Positions 1 through 9,372 of a stretch of DNA of 64,000 bases are shown here, piece after piece. The notes under the pieces were generated by a model that made no database searches, had not been told where the DNA came from, and saw only the letters and a program-made list of their open reading frames with translations. Each line of letters begins with the position of its first letter. The stretch's first letter is position 1. The stretch comes from Collinsella sp. (GTDB taxonomy: Bacteria; Actinomycetota; Coriobacteriia; Coriobacteriales; Coriobacteriaceae), in NCBI GenBank assembly GCA_036551635.1, contig JAXKEA010000010.1, positions 8,891-72,890 on the forward strand, read 5' to 3'. The position numbers and the translations under genes are program-made.

Positions 1-1
1 C

Positions 2-448
2 GCGGGCAACGTGGGCGCGGACCTCCTCGCGCGGCATAACCTCGGCACCGCAACGCTCAGCAATCTTGGCACCCCAGGTACCGGGCACGTAGTTGCACCA
101 CATAAGCACAAGTGCCGGACGAATGCCGTGCTCGACGGCAGCGCGGCACATGGCAGCAGCGCGGTCCCAGTACGCTTGGTTGGGACGGGACCAATCAAAA
201 CGTACGCCGTCCTCGCTGGCATAGGGCCAAATACCCAGATCGGGGCAGCAGCGATCCCACTGCGGTAGCGTGTTGATCTGCAGCACGTTCATGCCCTGCT
301 CGGCGCGACGGGTCAGATAGTAGTCCCAATCGGCCTCGGTAATGCTCGTAAACGCGCTCCAGCACGTATCGGCAAACCAAAAGAACGGTTTACCCTCGCA
401 CAAAAAGCCGTCCTGACGACCGTTAACGGTCAGCTTTCCCAAACTCAT
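2..448 (-). CDS. DUF4038 / apiosidase-like (GH140-related) glycoside hydrolase, N-terminal part; runs off the window start
   Basis: Missing from the ORF track because it has no stop inside the window. Manual translation gives MSLGKLTVNGRQDGFLCEGKPFFWFADTCWSAFTSITEADWDYYLTRRAEQGMNVLQINTLPQWDRC..., with the G-x-PFFW-x-x-DT-x-W and R-x-x-QG motifs also seen in 28171..29793. SD-like AAAGGG lies just upstream. Confidence 0.8.
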   Translation of the reverse strand, partial: MSLGKLTVNGRQDGFLCEGKPFFWFADTCWSAFTSITEADWDYYLTRRAEQGMNVLQINTLPQWDRCCPDLGIWPYASEDGVRFDWSRPNQAYWDRAAAMCRAAVEHGIRPALVLMWCNYVPGTWGAKIAERCGAEVMPREEVRAHVAR

Positions 449-658
449 CTGCATGCCCTTTCGTTTGATAAAGGAGTTGCGAACCGGCAGATTCTTTCGC
501 GGTAACCCCGCGCGAAAGCCCCTGGCGCTTAGCAAGCCCCGGCGAGTAGGCGCCGCGCGCCCCCAATCAGTCTACCTTGTAAGAAGGGCCCCGCCGGGCT
601 TGCGCCTGACGGGGCCCTGTCGTGTAGGTAAGGTCGTATGCGTCCGAATGGTTTGGCC

Positions 659-2086
659 TTAGGCCTCCATCTCGGCGAGCTCCTCCTTGGAGAAGCCAGT
701 GGCAAAGACGACGGCAGCGGCGATGACAAAGGAGATTGCCATACCGACGATTGCCCAGACGGTGTTCATCTGGCCACCCTGCAGGTAGTTGGTGAAGACC
801 AGGAAGTTGGAGGCACCGCCGGCCAGGTAGTAGGTAACACCCATGAGGCCGGAGAACACAGCACCGATGGCACCGCCGATGAACATACCGAACATGGTGC
901 GACGGAAGCGCATGAGGATACCGAAGAGTGCGGGCTCGGTGACGCCGCCGGCGATGGCGGAGATGACGTAGCCCAGGGCAAGACCCTTCTCGTCGGGGTT
1001 CTTCATCTTGAGGAAGGCACCGAAGGCGCAGCCCCAGACAGCGGCCATAGCGCAGTTGGTGGAAACGAAGACGAAGGGATCGTAGCCGGCAGCGATGATC
1101 TGAACCTGAGCGAGCAGGATGACGGGCATGTGCATACCGCAGACCACGAAGAGCTGCCAGAAGGCGCCGAGGACGGCCATGACGAGCAGGATACCGATGC
1201 CACCCATGTCAGCGAGACCGAAGAGGGCGTTAGCGATGAGGCTGCCGATCTCGTTGCCGAGCGGGGCGAGGACGATGAAGGCGATGGGGATGGTAACGAT
1301 CATGGTGCAGAACGGCGTGAAGACCGTGGAGAGCACGTCGGGCATGACCTTCTTAAAGAACTTCTCGACGAAGTAGAGGACAGGCACCGAAAGGATAATC
1401 GGCAGGACGGACTGCTGATAGTTGGCAGCGGCGATCTGAATGCCGTAGACGGAGATGATTCCGCCGCCATCCTGGGTCGCGACACTCACGACGGACGGGG
1501 CCATGAGGGCGCCGCCGAGGAGCATGCCCAGAACCGGGGAGGCGCCGAGCTTCTTAGCGGCGGCATAGCCCAGGTAGATGGGGATAAAGGTGAACGTGGC
1601 CTCGTACAGGGTGGTGTAGAGGAACGTGTAGGTCGGATCGGTGTCAGAGAGAACGCCGAGCATGGTGGGACCGAGGACCGCAGCGATGGTGCGGAACAGA
1701 CCGCCGGCCATGAGCAGCGGGATCAGCTGGGTCATGGAGCCCGACAGATAGTCGAGGATGATGTTCGGCAGGTTCTTGAGCTCGAACTTCTCCTTGGGAG
1801 CATCGAGGTTCTCGTCGACCGCGGCACCCTGCTTGACGCCGGACATGGCGACGAACTCGGCGAGCACCTTGGGCACGTTCTGGCCGATGATGACCTGGAG
1901 CTGGCTGCCGGCGAACTGGCAACCCAGAACACCCTTGACCTTCTTGATCTTCTCCACGTCGGCCTTGTTGTTGTCCTTGAGCGTCAGACGCAGACGCGTC
2001 ATGCAATTGGTGGCGACGGAAACATTCTCCGCACCGCCCACGAGCTCGAGGACATCGGTGGCAATCTGCTTGTTATCTACTGCCAT
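659..2086 (-). CDS. PTS beta-glucoside/sucrose-type transporter, EIIB-EIIC (no EIIA domain)
   Basis: EIIB motif NCMTRLR; multi-TM EIIC with GMH and GVTEPALFG; start MAVDNK after a GGGGAGGGG SD. Confidence 0.9.
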   Translation of the reverse strand: MAVDNKQIATDVLELVGGAENVSVATNCMTRLRLTLKDNNKADVEKIKKVKGVLGCQFAGSQLQVIIGQNVPKVLAEFVAMSGVKQGAAVDENLDAPKEKFELKNLPNIILDYLSGSMTQLIPLLMAGGLFRTIAAVLGPTMLGVLSDTDPTYTFLYTTLYEATFTFIPIYLGYAAAKKLGASPVLGMLLGGALMAPSVVSVATQDGGGIISVYGIQIAAANYQQSVLPIILSVPVLYFVEKFFKKVMPDVLSTVFTPFCTMIVTIPIAFIVLAPLGNEIGSLIANALFGLADMGGIGILLVMAVLGAFWQLFVVCGMHMPVILLAQVQIIAAGYDPFVFVSTNCAMAAVWGCAFGAFLKMKNPDEKGLALGYVISAIAGGVTEPALFGILMRFRRTMFGMFIGGAIGAVFSGLMGVTYYLAGGASNFLVFTNYLQGGQMNTVWAIVGMAISFVIAAAVVFATGFSKEELAEMEA

Positions 2087-2202
2087 GGGACCCCTCCCCA
2101 TATCATCGTGTGCCTACTCGTTTGGGCGTAGGCACGCCTTTGGCTCGGCGACTATAACCCCTTACGGCCACCGAACCCTTGGATACGCTGTCGTAAACAA
2201 TG

Positions 2203-2221
2203 TGTTTACTGAACGTTTACT
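2203..2221. promoter_or_regulatory. Candidate LacI-family operator (TGTTTACTGAACGTTTACT) in the divergent PTS/esterase promoter region
   Basis: Imperfect palindrome centred on CG in an AT-rich intergenic region; related copies at 2437-2448, 25832-25843, 25865-25880 and 33534-33549. Confidence 0.55.
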
Positions 2222-2576
2222 GGCTTTAGTTTACACGGAACGTCTAATTTGTGGCAATTTTGCCGTCTGTAGTCCGGTGAACGGTAGGAAATCGGGGGTG
2301 AACGTACTTGAACGGTAAGGGATTGTCTATTTGACGCTCTGCTGCTAAATGCCTATTTACGTGGTCTCTTAATTTGGTAAACACCTCTATTCTTTGTTGA
2401 CCCATCAACAAAAGCCCTGCTAAATGGTGATAAACGAATGTTTAGTAATTTGTTGAGTGTTCATTTTGACCGTTTACCGAGTTCATCTGCCTGTTCTGTA
2501 GCTCTGCATTAAACTAAACATGTTTAAGTTGTATTGCCGCTGATGTTTACCACTCGCGGCGCAGAGGAGGCAGCTC

Positions 2577-3914
2577 ATGGAACTCAAATCGTGCACCTAC
2601 GCAACCGTCACCACCTTGGGCGACTTTGGCCCCTGGATCAGCAAGGTTGTGCTCGACCTGCCGTGCACCGTTCGTGCCAACGACATTGACGCGCGCTCCT
2701 TCCATATATATGTTGAGCGCCACGAGCGCACGGGCGAGGTCCTGATGCGCAAGGAGCGCGGCGCCGACCATGCCGCGCCTTCCGTGGGCTACGTCGACGT
2801 TCTCGCCGCTTATCCGTGCGACGAGTGTGGCCACAAGCTCGCCTTTGGCACTCATGTGGCGCTCGAGGTCGCCGAGCAGCGCCTGACCAAAAAGATCGAG
2901 GGCGGCGTGATGGGCTCGCGCCTGCTCGACGACCAGCTGCGCATCACGCAGCTCGAAGCCCTTCCCGGCAACGACGGCGACGATCCCACCTGTGGCCTGA
3001 TCTTCGACACCTGCCGCGATGATATCTGCCCCGCGCTCAAGGGCTGGAGCAATGCCACGCAAAAGACCGCCGTCAACGGCATCGCGCTCGAGTACGGCTT
3101 CTTTGAGCCCAGCTTTAAGGCCGAGGACTCCGCCTGCTTCAACCCCTTCGCGCCCGAAACGACAGTCGTGCCCCAGAAGGCCCCGCTCGTGGTGTACCTG
3201 CACGGCGCTGGCGAGGGCAAGGGCGCTACGCAAGGCGAGGGCGCCACGCGCGCTTATATCGGCAACCGCGTGACGGCCATCAGCCAGGCGCAGATCCAAC
3301 GCTACTTTGGCGGCATTGCCTGGGTTCTCGTGCCGCAGTCGCCCACGTTTTGGATGGACAACGGCACTGAGCAGCTCGGCCACTCCAACCAGAGCATCTA
3401 CTCCCCCGTCATTAAGGCGCTCATCGACGAGTTTGTCGCCGAGCATGCCGACCGCATCGACACCGACCGCATCGTGGTCGCTGGCCTTTCCAACGGTGGC
3501 TTTATGACGCTGCGCCTGTGCGCCGACTACCCCGAGTTCTTCGCCGCGGGCCTTCCCTGCTGCGCGCCGTGGTACAACGCCACGGACGAGGACGTTGCTG
3601 CCCTTGCCAAGACACCGCTGTGGTTTACGCACTCCAAGGGCGATGAGCTCGTGATACCGCAGGAGACCGTGCTGCCGCTCACGGCTCGCCTGCGCGCTGC
3701 CGGCGCCAACGTGCATCTCACCTACTTTAGCCATGTCGAGGACCTAACCGGTCGCTATCGCGAGGCCGACGGCTCGCCTAAGAAGACGTTCAACCACGGC
3801 GTGTGGATCCACCAATTCAACGACCTGTGTTATCAAGACTTCGACGGGGGCAACGTACTCATCGACGGCGAGCCGGTGGGCTGCTGGGAGTGGTCGGCCA
3901 GGGTCGACCGCTAA
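2577..3914 (+). CDS. Alpha/beta-hydrolase (COG4099-like predicted esterase/peptidase) with an N-terminal Ig-like extension
   Basis: YLHGAGE oxyanion motif, GLSNGG nucleophile elbow, C-terminal NHGVW; GGAGG SD. Confidence 0.8.
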   Translation: MELKSCTYATVTTLGDFGPWISKVVLDLPCTVRANDIDARSFHIYVERHERTGEVLMRKERGADHAAPSVGYVDVLAAYPCDECGHKLAFGTHVALEVAEQRLTKKIEGGVMGSRLLDDQLRITQLEALPGNDGDDPTCGLIFDTCRDDICPALKGWSNATQKTAVNGIALEYGFFEPSFKAEDSACFNPFAPETTVVPQKAPLVVYLHGAGEGKGATQGEGATRAYIGNRVTAISQAQIQRYFGGIAWVLVPQSPTFWMDNGTEQLGHSNQSIYSPVIKALIDEFVAEHADRIDTDRIVVAGLSNGGFMTLRLCADYPEFFAAGLPCCAPWYNATDEDVAALAKTPLWFTHSKGDELVIPQETVLPLTARLRAAGANVHLTYFSHVEDLTGRYREADGSPKKTFNHGVWIHQFNDLCYQDFDGGNVLIDGEPVGCWEWSARVDR

Positions 3915-3925
3915 GCCCTCCCATC

Positions 3926-4048
3926 GCGGGGACCGGGGTTTAGTCTTGCAAACGTCCTCGGGCATGCATGGGCTGGCGCTTTGCGCTTCGCGCTGCGCCT
4001 GCCCATGCCCCCTGCGGAATGTTTGCAAGACTAAACCCCAGTCCCCGC
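3926..4048. repeat. ~123-bp palindromic element with ~30-bp terminal inverted repeats
   Basis: GCGGGGACCGGGGTTTAGTCTTGCAAAC ... GTTTGCAAGACTAAACCCCAGTCCCCGC (one mismatch), with an inner GCATGGGC..GCCCATGC stem. Confidence 0.85.
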
Positions 4049-4176
4049 TGCGTTGACGTTGCTGTGATCCTGGCCGGGCGCTTCCGGCAGCACGCCGGGT
4101 CGGTGGCGATGGGGGCGTGGGTCCCGTCTTGCCTCGCGCGTAACTGGCTGAATTGATTTTGATTGGAGCTGCTCCT

Positions 4177-5688
4177 ATGTCCCAGAATTTGACTCGGGTG
4201 ATTGTTACCACTGATATGGAAGTCGATGATATGAACTCGCTCATTCATTTGGCTCTGTATCTTAATGTGCTTGATGTTCAGGCTGTGGTGTATACGGCTT
4301 CGCAGTATCACTTTCTTGGGGATGGGGTTCATACGCTCGGTGAGGTGAATTCGCATTGGCGGACTAAGGGTCGTCGCTCTTATGAGTGGGATGTTGTGCC
4401 TCATGATCCCGATCCGCTGGCCGGCGGGCTTCGTGAGTATCGACCGTTTCCTGAGCATTGGATCGAGAGCCTCTGGAGCAATGAGTATGCCCAGGCCTGG
4501 CCTCAGCTGCAGGCTAATGCGGCCGCTGCCGGCGAGTCTCCGTTTCCCTCGCCTGCTCAGATGATTGAGCGTACGTTTGTGGGCAATGTTGCCTTTGAAG
4601 GCGATGTGCGTGAGGAGTCTGAGGGTTCGCGCGTGATTGCTCAGGCGATTTTGGATGATGACCCGCGCACGCTTTGGCTGCTCAGTTGGGGCGGTATGAA
4701 TACGATCGTTCGCGCCCTGATGAGCATTGCCGAGCGCTATCGCGCCACACCCGAATGGCCTTCTGTGCAACAGTGTGTCTATCAGAAGGTACGCGTGATG
4801 GGCGTTGCCGATGGTGTGGGGCAGGACAATTCTTGGCTCGACCATGGGCATGAGCTCTTCCCCGATCTCATCTTTTGGTGTGTGCCCTATATGTATGGCG
4901 GCTATGTCGATGCCAAGATGGCTCAGCCCGATACGCTGCCGCTCTTTCAGGCTCCCTGGCCCGAGCAAAATCTCACGCAGGGCAACGGTCCCCTTATGGC
5001 GCGCTATATGCTCTATGGCGATGGCAAGGTGTACGAAAACGAGCCCGAGAGGTTCCAGTTTGGCAAGCATGCCCGCTTGGATTGGGGCTTAGAAGGCATG
5101 CCCGCGATGCAATTTGAGCGCGGCGATTTTATGGCCGAGGGCGACTCGATGACCTATATTCCGCTGCTGCCGTTTGGCCTGCGCGGCATCGATAACCGCG
5201 ACTTTGACACGTTGCTCGGCCGCATGTTCCTTGACGGGCATCCCGACTCAGATGCGCCTGCCGGTTTTGCTGCCATAGGTACGCCGGTGGACGGCAACCC
5301 CAACCCCTATCTGCGCGCCTACCAGGAAGACTTCGCCGCTCGCGCGCAGTGGTGCGCCCATGAGCCCGCGGCCTGCTCGCATCCGGCGTATGTTGCCGAG
5401 GTCACGGGCGACCGCAGCGCCACAGCCGGCGAGCGCGTCGCCCTTGCGGCGACCATCGTCGACCCCGACGACAAGGGCTTCGATGCACATTGGAATGTCG
5501 CCATGAACCCGTCGAGCTATGCAGGCGCGCAGGATATTTCGCTGTGGCAGGAATGCGCGGTGAGCACCGCTTTTATCGTACCCGCCGACGCGCAGCCCGG
5601 CGACCGCTTCGTGCTCACCCTTACCGTGCAGACGCGCGCCGAGCGCCCCTGCAGCCGCTACGCCCAAGTTGCCGTGACCGTGGCATAG
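4177..5688 (+). CDS. DUF1593 (nucleoside-hydrolase-like, Sde182-type) protein with a C-terminal Ig-like domain
   Basis: RVIVTTDMEVDDMNSLIHLALY, DDDPRTLW..WGGMNT, EGDS and YQEDFAARAQW motifs; GGAG SD before ATG 4177. Confidence 0.8.
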   Translation: MSQNLTRVIVTTDMEVDDMNSLIHLALYLNVLDVQAVVYTASQYHFLGDGVHTLGEVNSHWRTKGRRSYEWDVVPHDPDPLAGGLREYRPFPEHWIESLWSNEYAQAWPQLQANAAAAGESPFPSPAQMIERTFVGNVAFEGDVREESEGSRVIAQAILDDDPRTLWLLSWGGMNTIVRALMSIAERYRATPEWPSVQQCVYQKVRVMGVADGVGQDNSWLDHGHELFPDLIFWCVPYMYGGYVDAKMAQPDTLPLFQAPWPEQNLTQGNGPLMARYMLYGDGKVYENEPERFQFGKHARLDWGLEGMPAMQFERGDFMAEGDSMTYIPLLPFGLRGIDNRDFDTLLGRMFLDGHPDSDAPAGFAAIGTPVDGNPNPYLRAYQEDFAARAQWCAHEPAACSHPAYVAEVTGDRSATAGERVALAATIVDPDDKGFDAHWNVAMNPSSYAGAQDISLWQECAVSTAFIVPADAQPGDRFVLTLTVQTRAERPCSRYAQVAVTVA

Positions 5689-5729
5689 CAAGGACGGCGC
5701 CCGCATTCGGCAGCCGCCGCGTTCGGCAT

Positions 5730-5803
5730 GGAGCGTCCCCAACTGCCACTCATTTAAGTACGTCCCCAATGAGTAGCCGAAGAGTGTCCCCGACGACTAG
5801 TCA
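5730..5803. repeat. Cluster of REP-like GTCCCC/GGGGAC palindromes
   Basis: GGAGCGTCCCCAACTGCC is the exact reverse complement of 55250-55267; ACTCATTTAAGTACGTCCCCAATGAGTAG matches copies at 43287, 51684 and 55193-55315. Confidence 0.8.
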
Positions 5804-5920
5804 AAAATGGGCCATGTGTCCCAGTTGTGGAGACTCGTTGAGCCGTCTGGGTATCGTGAAAGATCGCGCGCTCCCCCATCATCAAAAGTGACACACGCTA
5901 CCTGTTGATGGGAGGCAACC

Positions 5921-6658
5921 ATGGGCTTCTTTGACAAGATGTTCGAGAAGAAAGAGTGCGCGATTTGCGGTACCGAGCTGGGACTTCTAGGTAAGACCAA
6001 GATCAACGAAGGCTACCTGTGCAAAGAATGCGTCGGCAAGCTCTCTCCCTACTTCCACGGCTATCGCTCCAGCACCGCGGACGATATCCGCGAGCAACTC
6101 GCCTACCGCGAGGCCAACGCCGAGCGCCTGGCCTCGTTCAACCCCACGCGCACGCTCTCTGCCGGGCGCACCAACATCATGCTCGATGAGGACGCGGGCC
6201 TGCTAATCATCACTTCGCAGAGCCGCTGGCGCGACGCCAATCCCGACATCATCGAGTTCTCACAGGTACTCGGCTGCGATATGGATATCGACGAGCATCG
6301 CACCGAGATCTATCGCGAGACCAAGGACGGCGAGCGTGAGAGCTACAACCCGCCGCGCTACGACCTGGATTACGATTTTAATCTGACCATCCACGTCAAC
6401 ACGCCGTACTTTACCGAGATCAACCTGCGCGTGAACGACTCCACCATCGATCAGCGCGGTTCTATCGAATACCGCGAGGCCAAGCGCCAGGCAACCGAAG
6501 TTCGCGACGCGCTGGTACAGCTGCGCCAGGAAACGCGCGACAGCGTCGTGGCCGCCAAGGCCCCCAAGACCGCGGTCACCTGCCCCTTCTGCGGCGCAAC
6601 CACCATTCCCGATGCCAGTGGGCGCTGCGAATACTGCGGCGGCGCCATCGGCGCATAG
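5921..6658 (+). CDS. DUF4428-family protein with N- and C-terminal Zn ribbons
   Basis: MGFFDKMFEKKECAICG...YLCKEC N-terminus; CPFCG..CEYCG C-terminus; GGAGG SD. Confidence 0.8.
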   Translation: MGFFDKMFEKKECAICGTELGLLGKTKINEGYLCKECVGKLSPYFHGYRSSTADDIREQLAYREANAERLASFNPTRTLSAGRTNIMLDEDAGLLIITSQSRWRDANPDIIEFSQVLGCDMDIDEHRTEIYRETKDGERESYNPPRYDLDYDFNLTIHVNTPYFTEINLRVNDSTIDQRGSIEYREAKRQATEVRDALVQLRQETRDSVVAAKAPKTAVTCPFCGATTIPDASGRCEYCGGAIGA

Positions 6659-6682
6659 CCCTCGGCACGGAAAGGACCGATC

Positions 6683-8005
6683 ATGGCCTTCGAAAGCGTT
6701 AACTATCAGTGCCCCGCGTGTGGCGGCCCGCTGCATTTTGCCAGCGCCGAGCAAAAGCTCGTCTGTGACTACTGCGACTCGCGCTTTGAAGTCGAAGAGG
6801 TCGAGGCTCTCTATCGCGAGCGCCAGGACAAGGCAGATGCCAAAGCCGATGCGGCGGCCGCAACATCCAAGCCCGCATCCGACGATGCGGTGCAGGAACT
6901 GGCCCAAAACGCCGGCTATATCTGCTCGTCGTGTGGCGCCGAGCTGATCTCGGACGGCACCGTCGCCGTCTCCACCTGCCCATACTGCGGCAATCCCGCC
7001 GTGGCGCCCGGCCAGCTCTCGGGCGACTTCTCCCCCGACCTGGTGATTCCGTTTAAGCTCGGGCGCGACGATGTCTTGGCCGCGCTCAAGGAGCACTACA
7101 AGGGCAAGATCTTGCTGCCCAAGAGCTTTGTCACCGGCAACCACATCGATGAGGTCCAAGGAGTTTACGTGCCATTTTGGCTCTACGGCGCCCACGTTGA
7201 CGGCGAAGTGCACTTTGATGCGACCAACGAGACCGTGACCGAGGAATCCGACCGCACCGTCACGACCACCGACCACTACGACGCCTACCGTAAGGGCAAT
7301 ATCTCGTTTGAGCGCGTGCCCGTCGACGGATCGTCCAAGATGCCCGACGGCCATATGGACGCCATCGAGCCGTTTGACTACGACGCGCTGTGCCCGTTTT
7401 CGGTCGCGTATATGCCCGGCTACATCGCCAACCGCTACGACGAAGATTGCGAGACCTGCAAGGCACGTGCCGAGCGCCGCATGGAGGAGAGCACGATCTC
7501 GGCCCTGCGCGAGACCGTCGTCGACGAATATGACGACGCCACGGTCGAAAGCAAGCAGCTCGACTACACCTGGGAAGACAGCGACTACGCCCTGTTCCCC
7601 GTGTGGATGCTTTCCACCTCGTGGAACGGCAAGAGTTATCTGTTTGCCATGAACGGCCAGACCGGTCGCATGGTCGGCGAGCTCCCCTGCTCCAAGCCCA
7701 AGCTCGCCATCGCCTCGGTGCTGTTCTTTGTGATCGGGTTTGTCCTCTCCCAGATTCTCTTTATGGGAGAGAACGCCTTCGATCCGGACTACCTCACCTT
7801 TGATGTCGAGGGCATCCTCATCAACATCGTCGCGCCACTGATCATCGTAATCATCGCGGACGTGTTGCTGGTAGGCCAGCTCAAGACGGCCAACGAGGCA
7901 ACCCACGCCGATTGCTACTGCGGAGAGCTCGACCTGACCGAGAAGCACGACACCTTCAGCCACACCGAGACCACCGTTGTCATGAAGGACAACAAGGACG
8001 ATTAG
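6683..8005 (+). CDS. Double Zn-ribbon membrane protein (usually found beside SPFH genes)
   Basis: CPACGG..CDYCD and CSSCG..CPYCG; YVPFW, IEPFD, LFPVW and MNGQTG motifs; two C-terminal TM helices. Confidence 0.8.
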   Translation: MAFESVNYQCPACGGPLHFASAEQKLVCDYCDSRFEVEEVEALYRERQDKADAKADAAAATSKPASDDAVQELAQNAGYICSSCGAELISDGTVAVSTCPYCGNPAVAPGQLSGDFSPDLVIPFKLGRDDVLAALKEHYKGKILLPKSFVTGNHIDEVQGVYVPFWLYGAHVDGEVHFDATNETVTEESDRTVTTTDHYDAYRKGNISFERVPVDGSSKMPDGHMDAIEPFDYDALCPFSVAYMPGYIANRYDEDCETCKARAERRMEESTISALRETVVDEYDDATVESKQLDYTWEDSDYALFPVWMLSTSWNGKSYLFAMNGQTGRMVGELPCSKPKLAIASVLFFVIGFVLSQILFMGENAFDPDYLTFDVEGILINIVAPLIIVIIADVLLVGQLKTANEATHADCYCGELDLTEKHDTFSHTETTVVMKDNKDD

Positions 8006-8053
8006 CCATTCTGACCAATACCACCCGGCCTTTGACGAGAAAGGAAGATCACC

Positions 8054-9292
8054 ATGGGACTCTTGAAAGCTGGATTGGGAGCTGCCGGCGGCGTCGTGGC
8101 CGACCAGTGGAAGGAATTTATCTATTGCGAATCGATGCCCGCTGACGTCTTAGCCTGCAAGGGCAGCAAGCGCACCGGCGGTCGCAGCTCCAACACGCGC
8201 GGCGAGGACAACGTCATCTCCAACGGCTCCGTCATCGCCGTCAACGACGGCCAGGGCATGCTCGTGGTGCAAAACGGCAAGATCATCGAGGTCGCACTGG
8301 AACCCGGCGAGTTTGTCTTTGACACCGGCAGCGAGCCAAGCGTCTTTAGCGGCAACCTGGGCGACTCCATCAAGGAGACGTTCGCCAATATCGGCAGCCG
8401 TTTTACCTTTGGCGGCGACGCGGGCAAGGACCAGCGCGTCTACTTCATCAACACCAAGGAGATCATCGGCAACAAGTACGGCACCGCCTCTCCCGTGCCC
8501 TTCCGCGTGGTCGATAACAATATTGGCCTGGACGTCGACATCTCCGTTCGCTGCAACGGCGAGTATTCGTACCGCATCACCAACCCGCTGCTGTTCTACA
8601 CCAACGTGTGCGGCAACGTGACCGATAGCTACACGCGCGACAAGATCGACAGCCAGCTTAAGTCCGAGCTGCTCACCGCTCTGCAGCCCGCCTTTGCCAA
8701 GATTTCGGAGATGGGCATCCGCTACAGCGCTATCCCCGGCCACACCACCGAGCTCGCCCGCGCGCTCAACGAGGTCCTCTCCGCCGACTGGCGCGACCTG
8801 CGCGGCGTCGAGATCGTGAGCTTTGGCGTTAACTCCATCGCCGCCTCGCAAGAAGACGAGCAGATGATCAAGGACCTGCAGAAGGCCGCGGTCATGCGCG
8901 ATCCCACCATGGCAGCAGCCAACATCGCCAGCGCCCAGAGCGACGCGATGCGCGCGGCAGCGGCCAACCCCAACGGCGCGATGGCAGGCTTTATGGGCAT
9001 GGGCATGGCGGGCGGCATGGGTGGCATGAACGCCAGCCAGCTGTTCGCCGCCGGCCAGGCACAACAGCAGGCCGCCCCGCAGCCGGCTCCGGCGTCCGCC
9101 CCCGCACCGGCCCCCGCCGCCCCCGCGGCCGGCGCATGGACCTGCAGCTGCGGCGCCACCAACACCGGCAAGTTCTGCTCGGAATGCGGCAGCCCCGCAC
9201 CCGCCCCGGCACCGACCAAGTGGTTCTGCCCCAACTGCGGTAGCGAAAACGGCGGCAAGTTCTGCAGCAACTGCGGAACACCCAGGCCCTAG
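8054..9292 (+). CDS. SPFH/Band-7 domain protein with C-terminal double zinc ribbon
   Basis: DQWKEF, RFTFGG, GNKYGT and V-S-F-G-V-N-S-I motifs; Met/Gly-rich then Pro/Ala linker; WTCSCG..KFCSECG and WFCPNCG..KFCSNCG. Confidence 0.88.
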   Translation: MGLLKAGLGAAGGVVADQWKEFIYCESMPADVLACKGSKRTGGRSSNTRGEDNVISNGSVIAVNDGQGMLVVQNGKIIEVALEPGEFVFDTGSEPSVFSGNLGDSIKETFANIGSRFTFGGDAGKDQRVYFINTKEIIGNKYGTASPVPFRVVDNNIGLDVDISVRCNGEYSYRITNPLLFYTNVCGNVTDSYTRDKIDSQLKSELLTALQPAFAKISEMGIRYSAIPGHTTELARALNEVLSADWRDLRGVEIVSFGVNSIAASQEDEQMIKDLQKAAVMRDPTMAAANIASAQSDAMRAAAANPNGAMAGFMGMGMAGGMGGMNASQLFAAGQAQQQAAPQPAPASAPAPAPAAPAAGAWTCSCGATNTGKFCSECGSPAPAPAPTKWFCPNCGSENGGKFCSNCGTPRP

Positions 9293-9372
9293 CCCCTCTA
9301 TCTGGTAATTGACGGGGGGTCCGCCACCCCCGCATTTGCCTCTATGGGTTTCGTTCGATAAAGGAGGACACC

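Noticed and set aside
638..2131. Long antisense or alternate-frame ORFs (also 6260..7963, 14776..16392, 21010..22551, 24400..25926, 45796..48003, 51765..54527)
   Set aside because: They are shadows of well-supported genes on the other strand, expected in high-GC DNA, and show no family motifs.
8054..9292. Prophage, because this family is often labelled 'virion core protein'
   Set aside because: It is an SPFH-domain protein, and no phage structural, integrase or replication genes are nearby.
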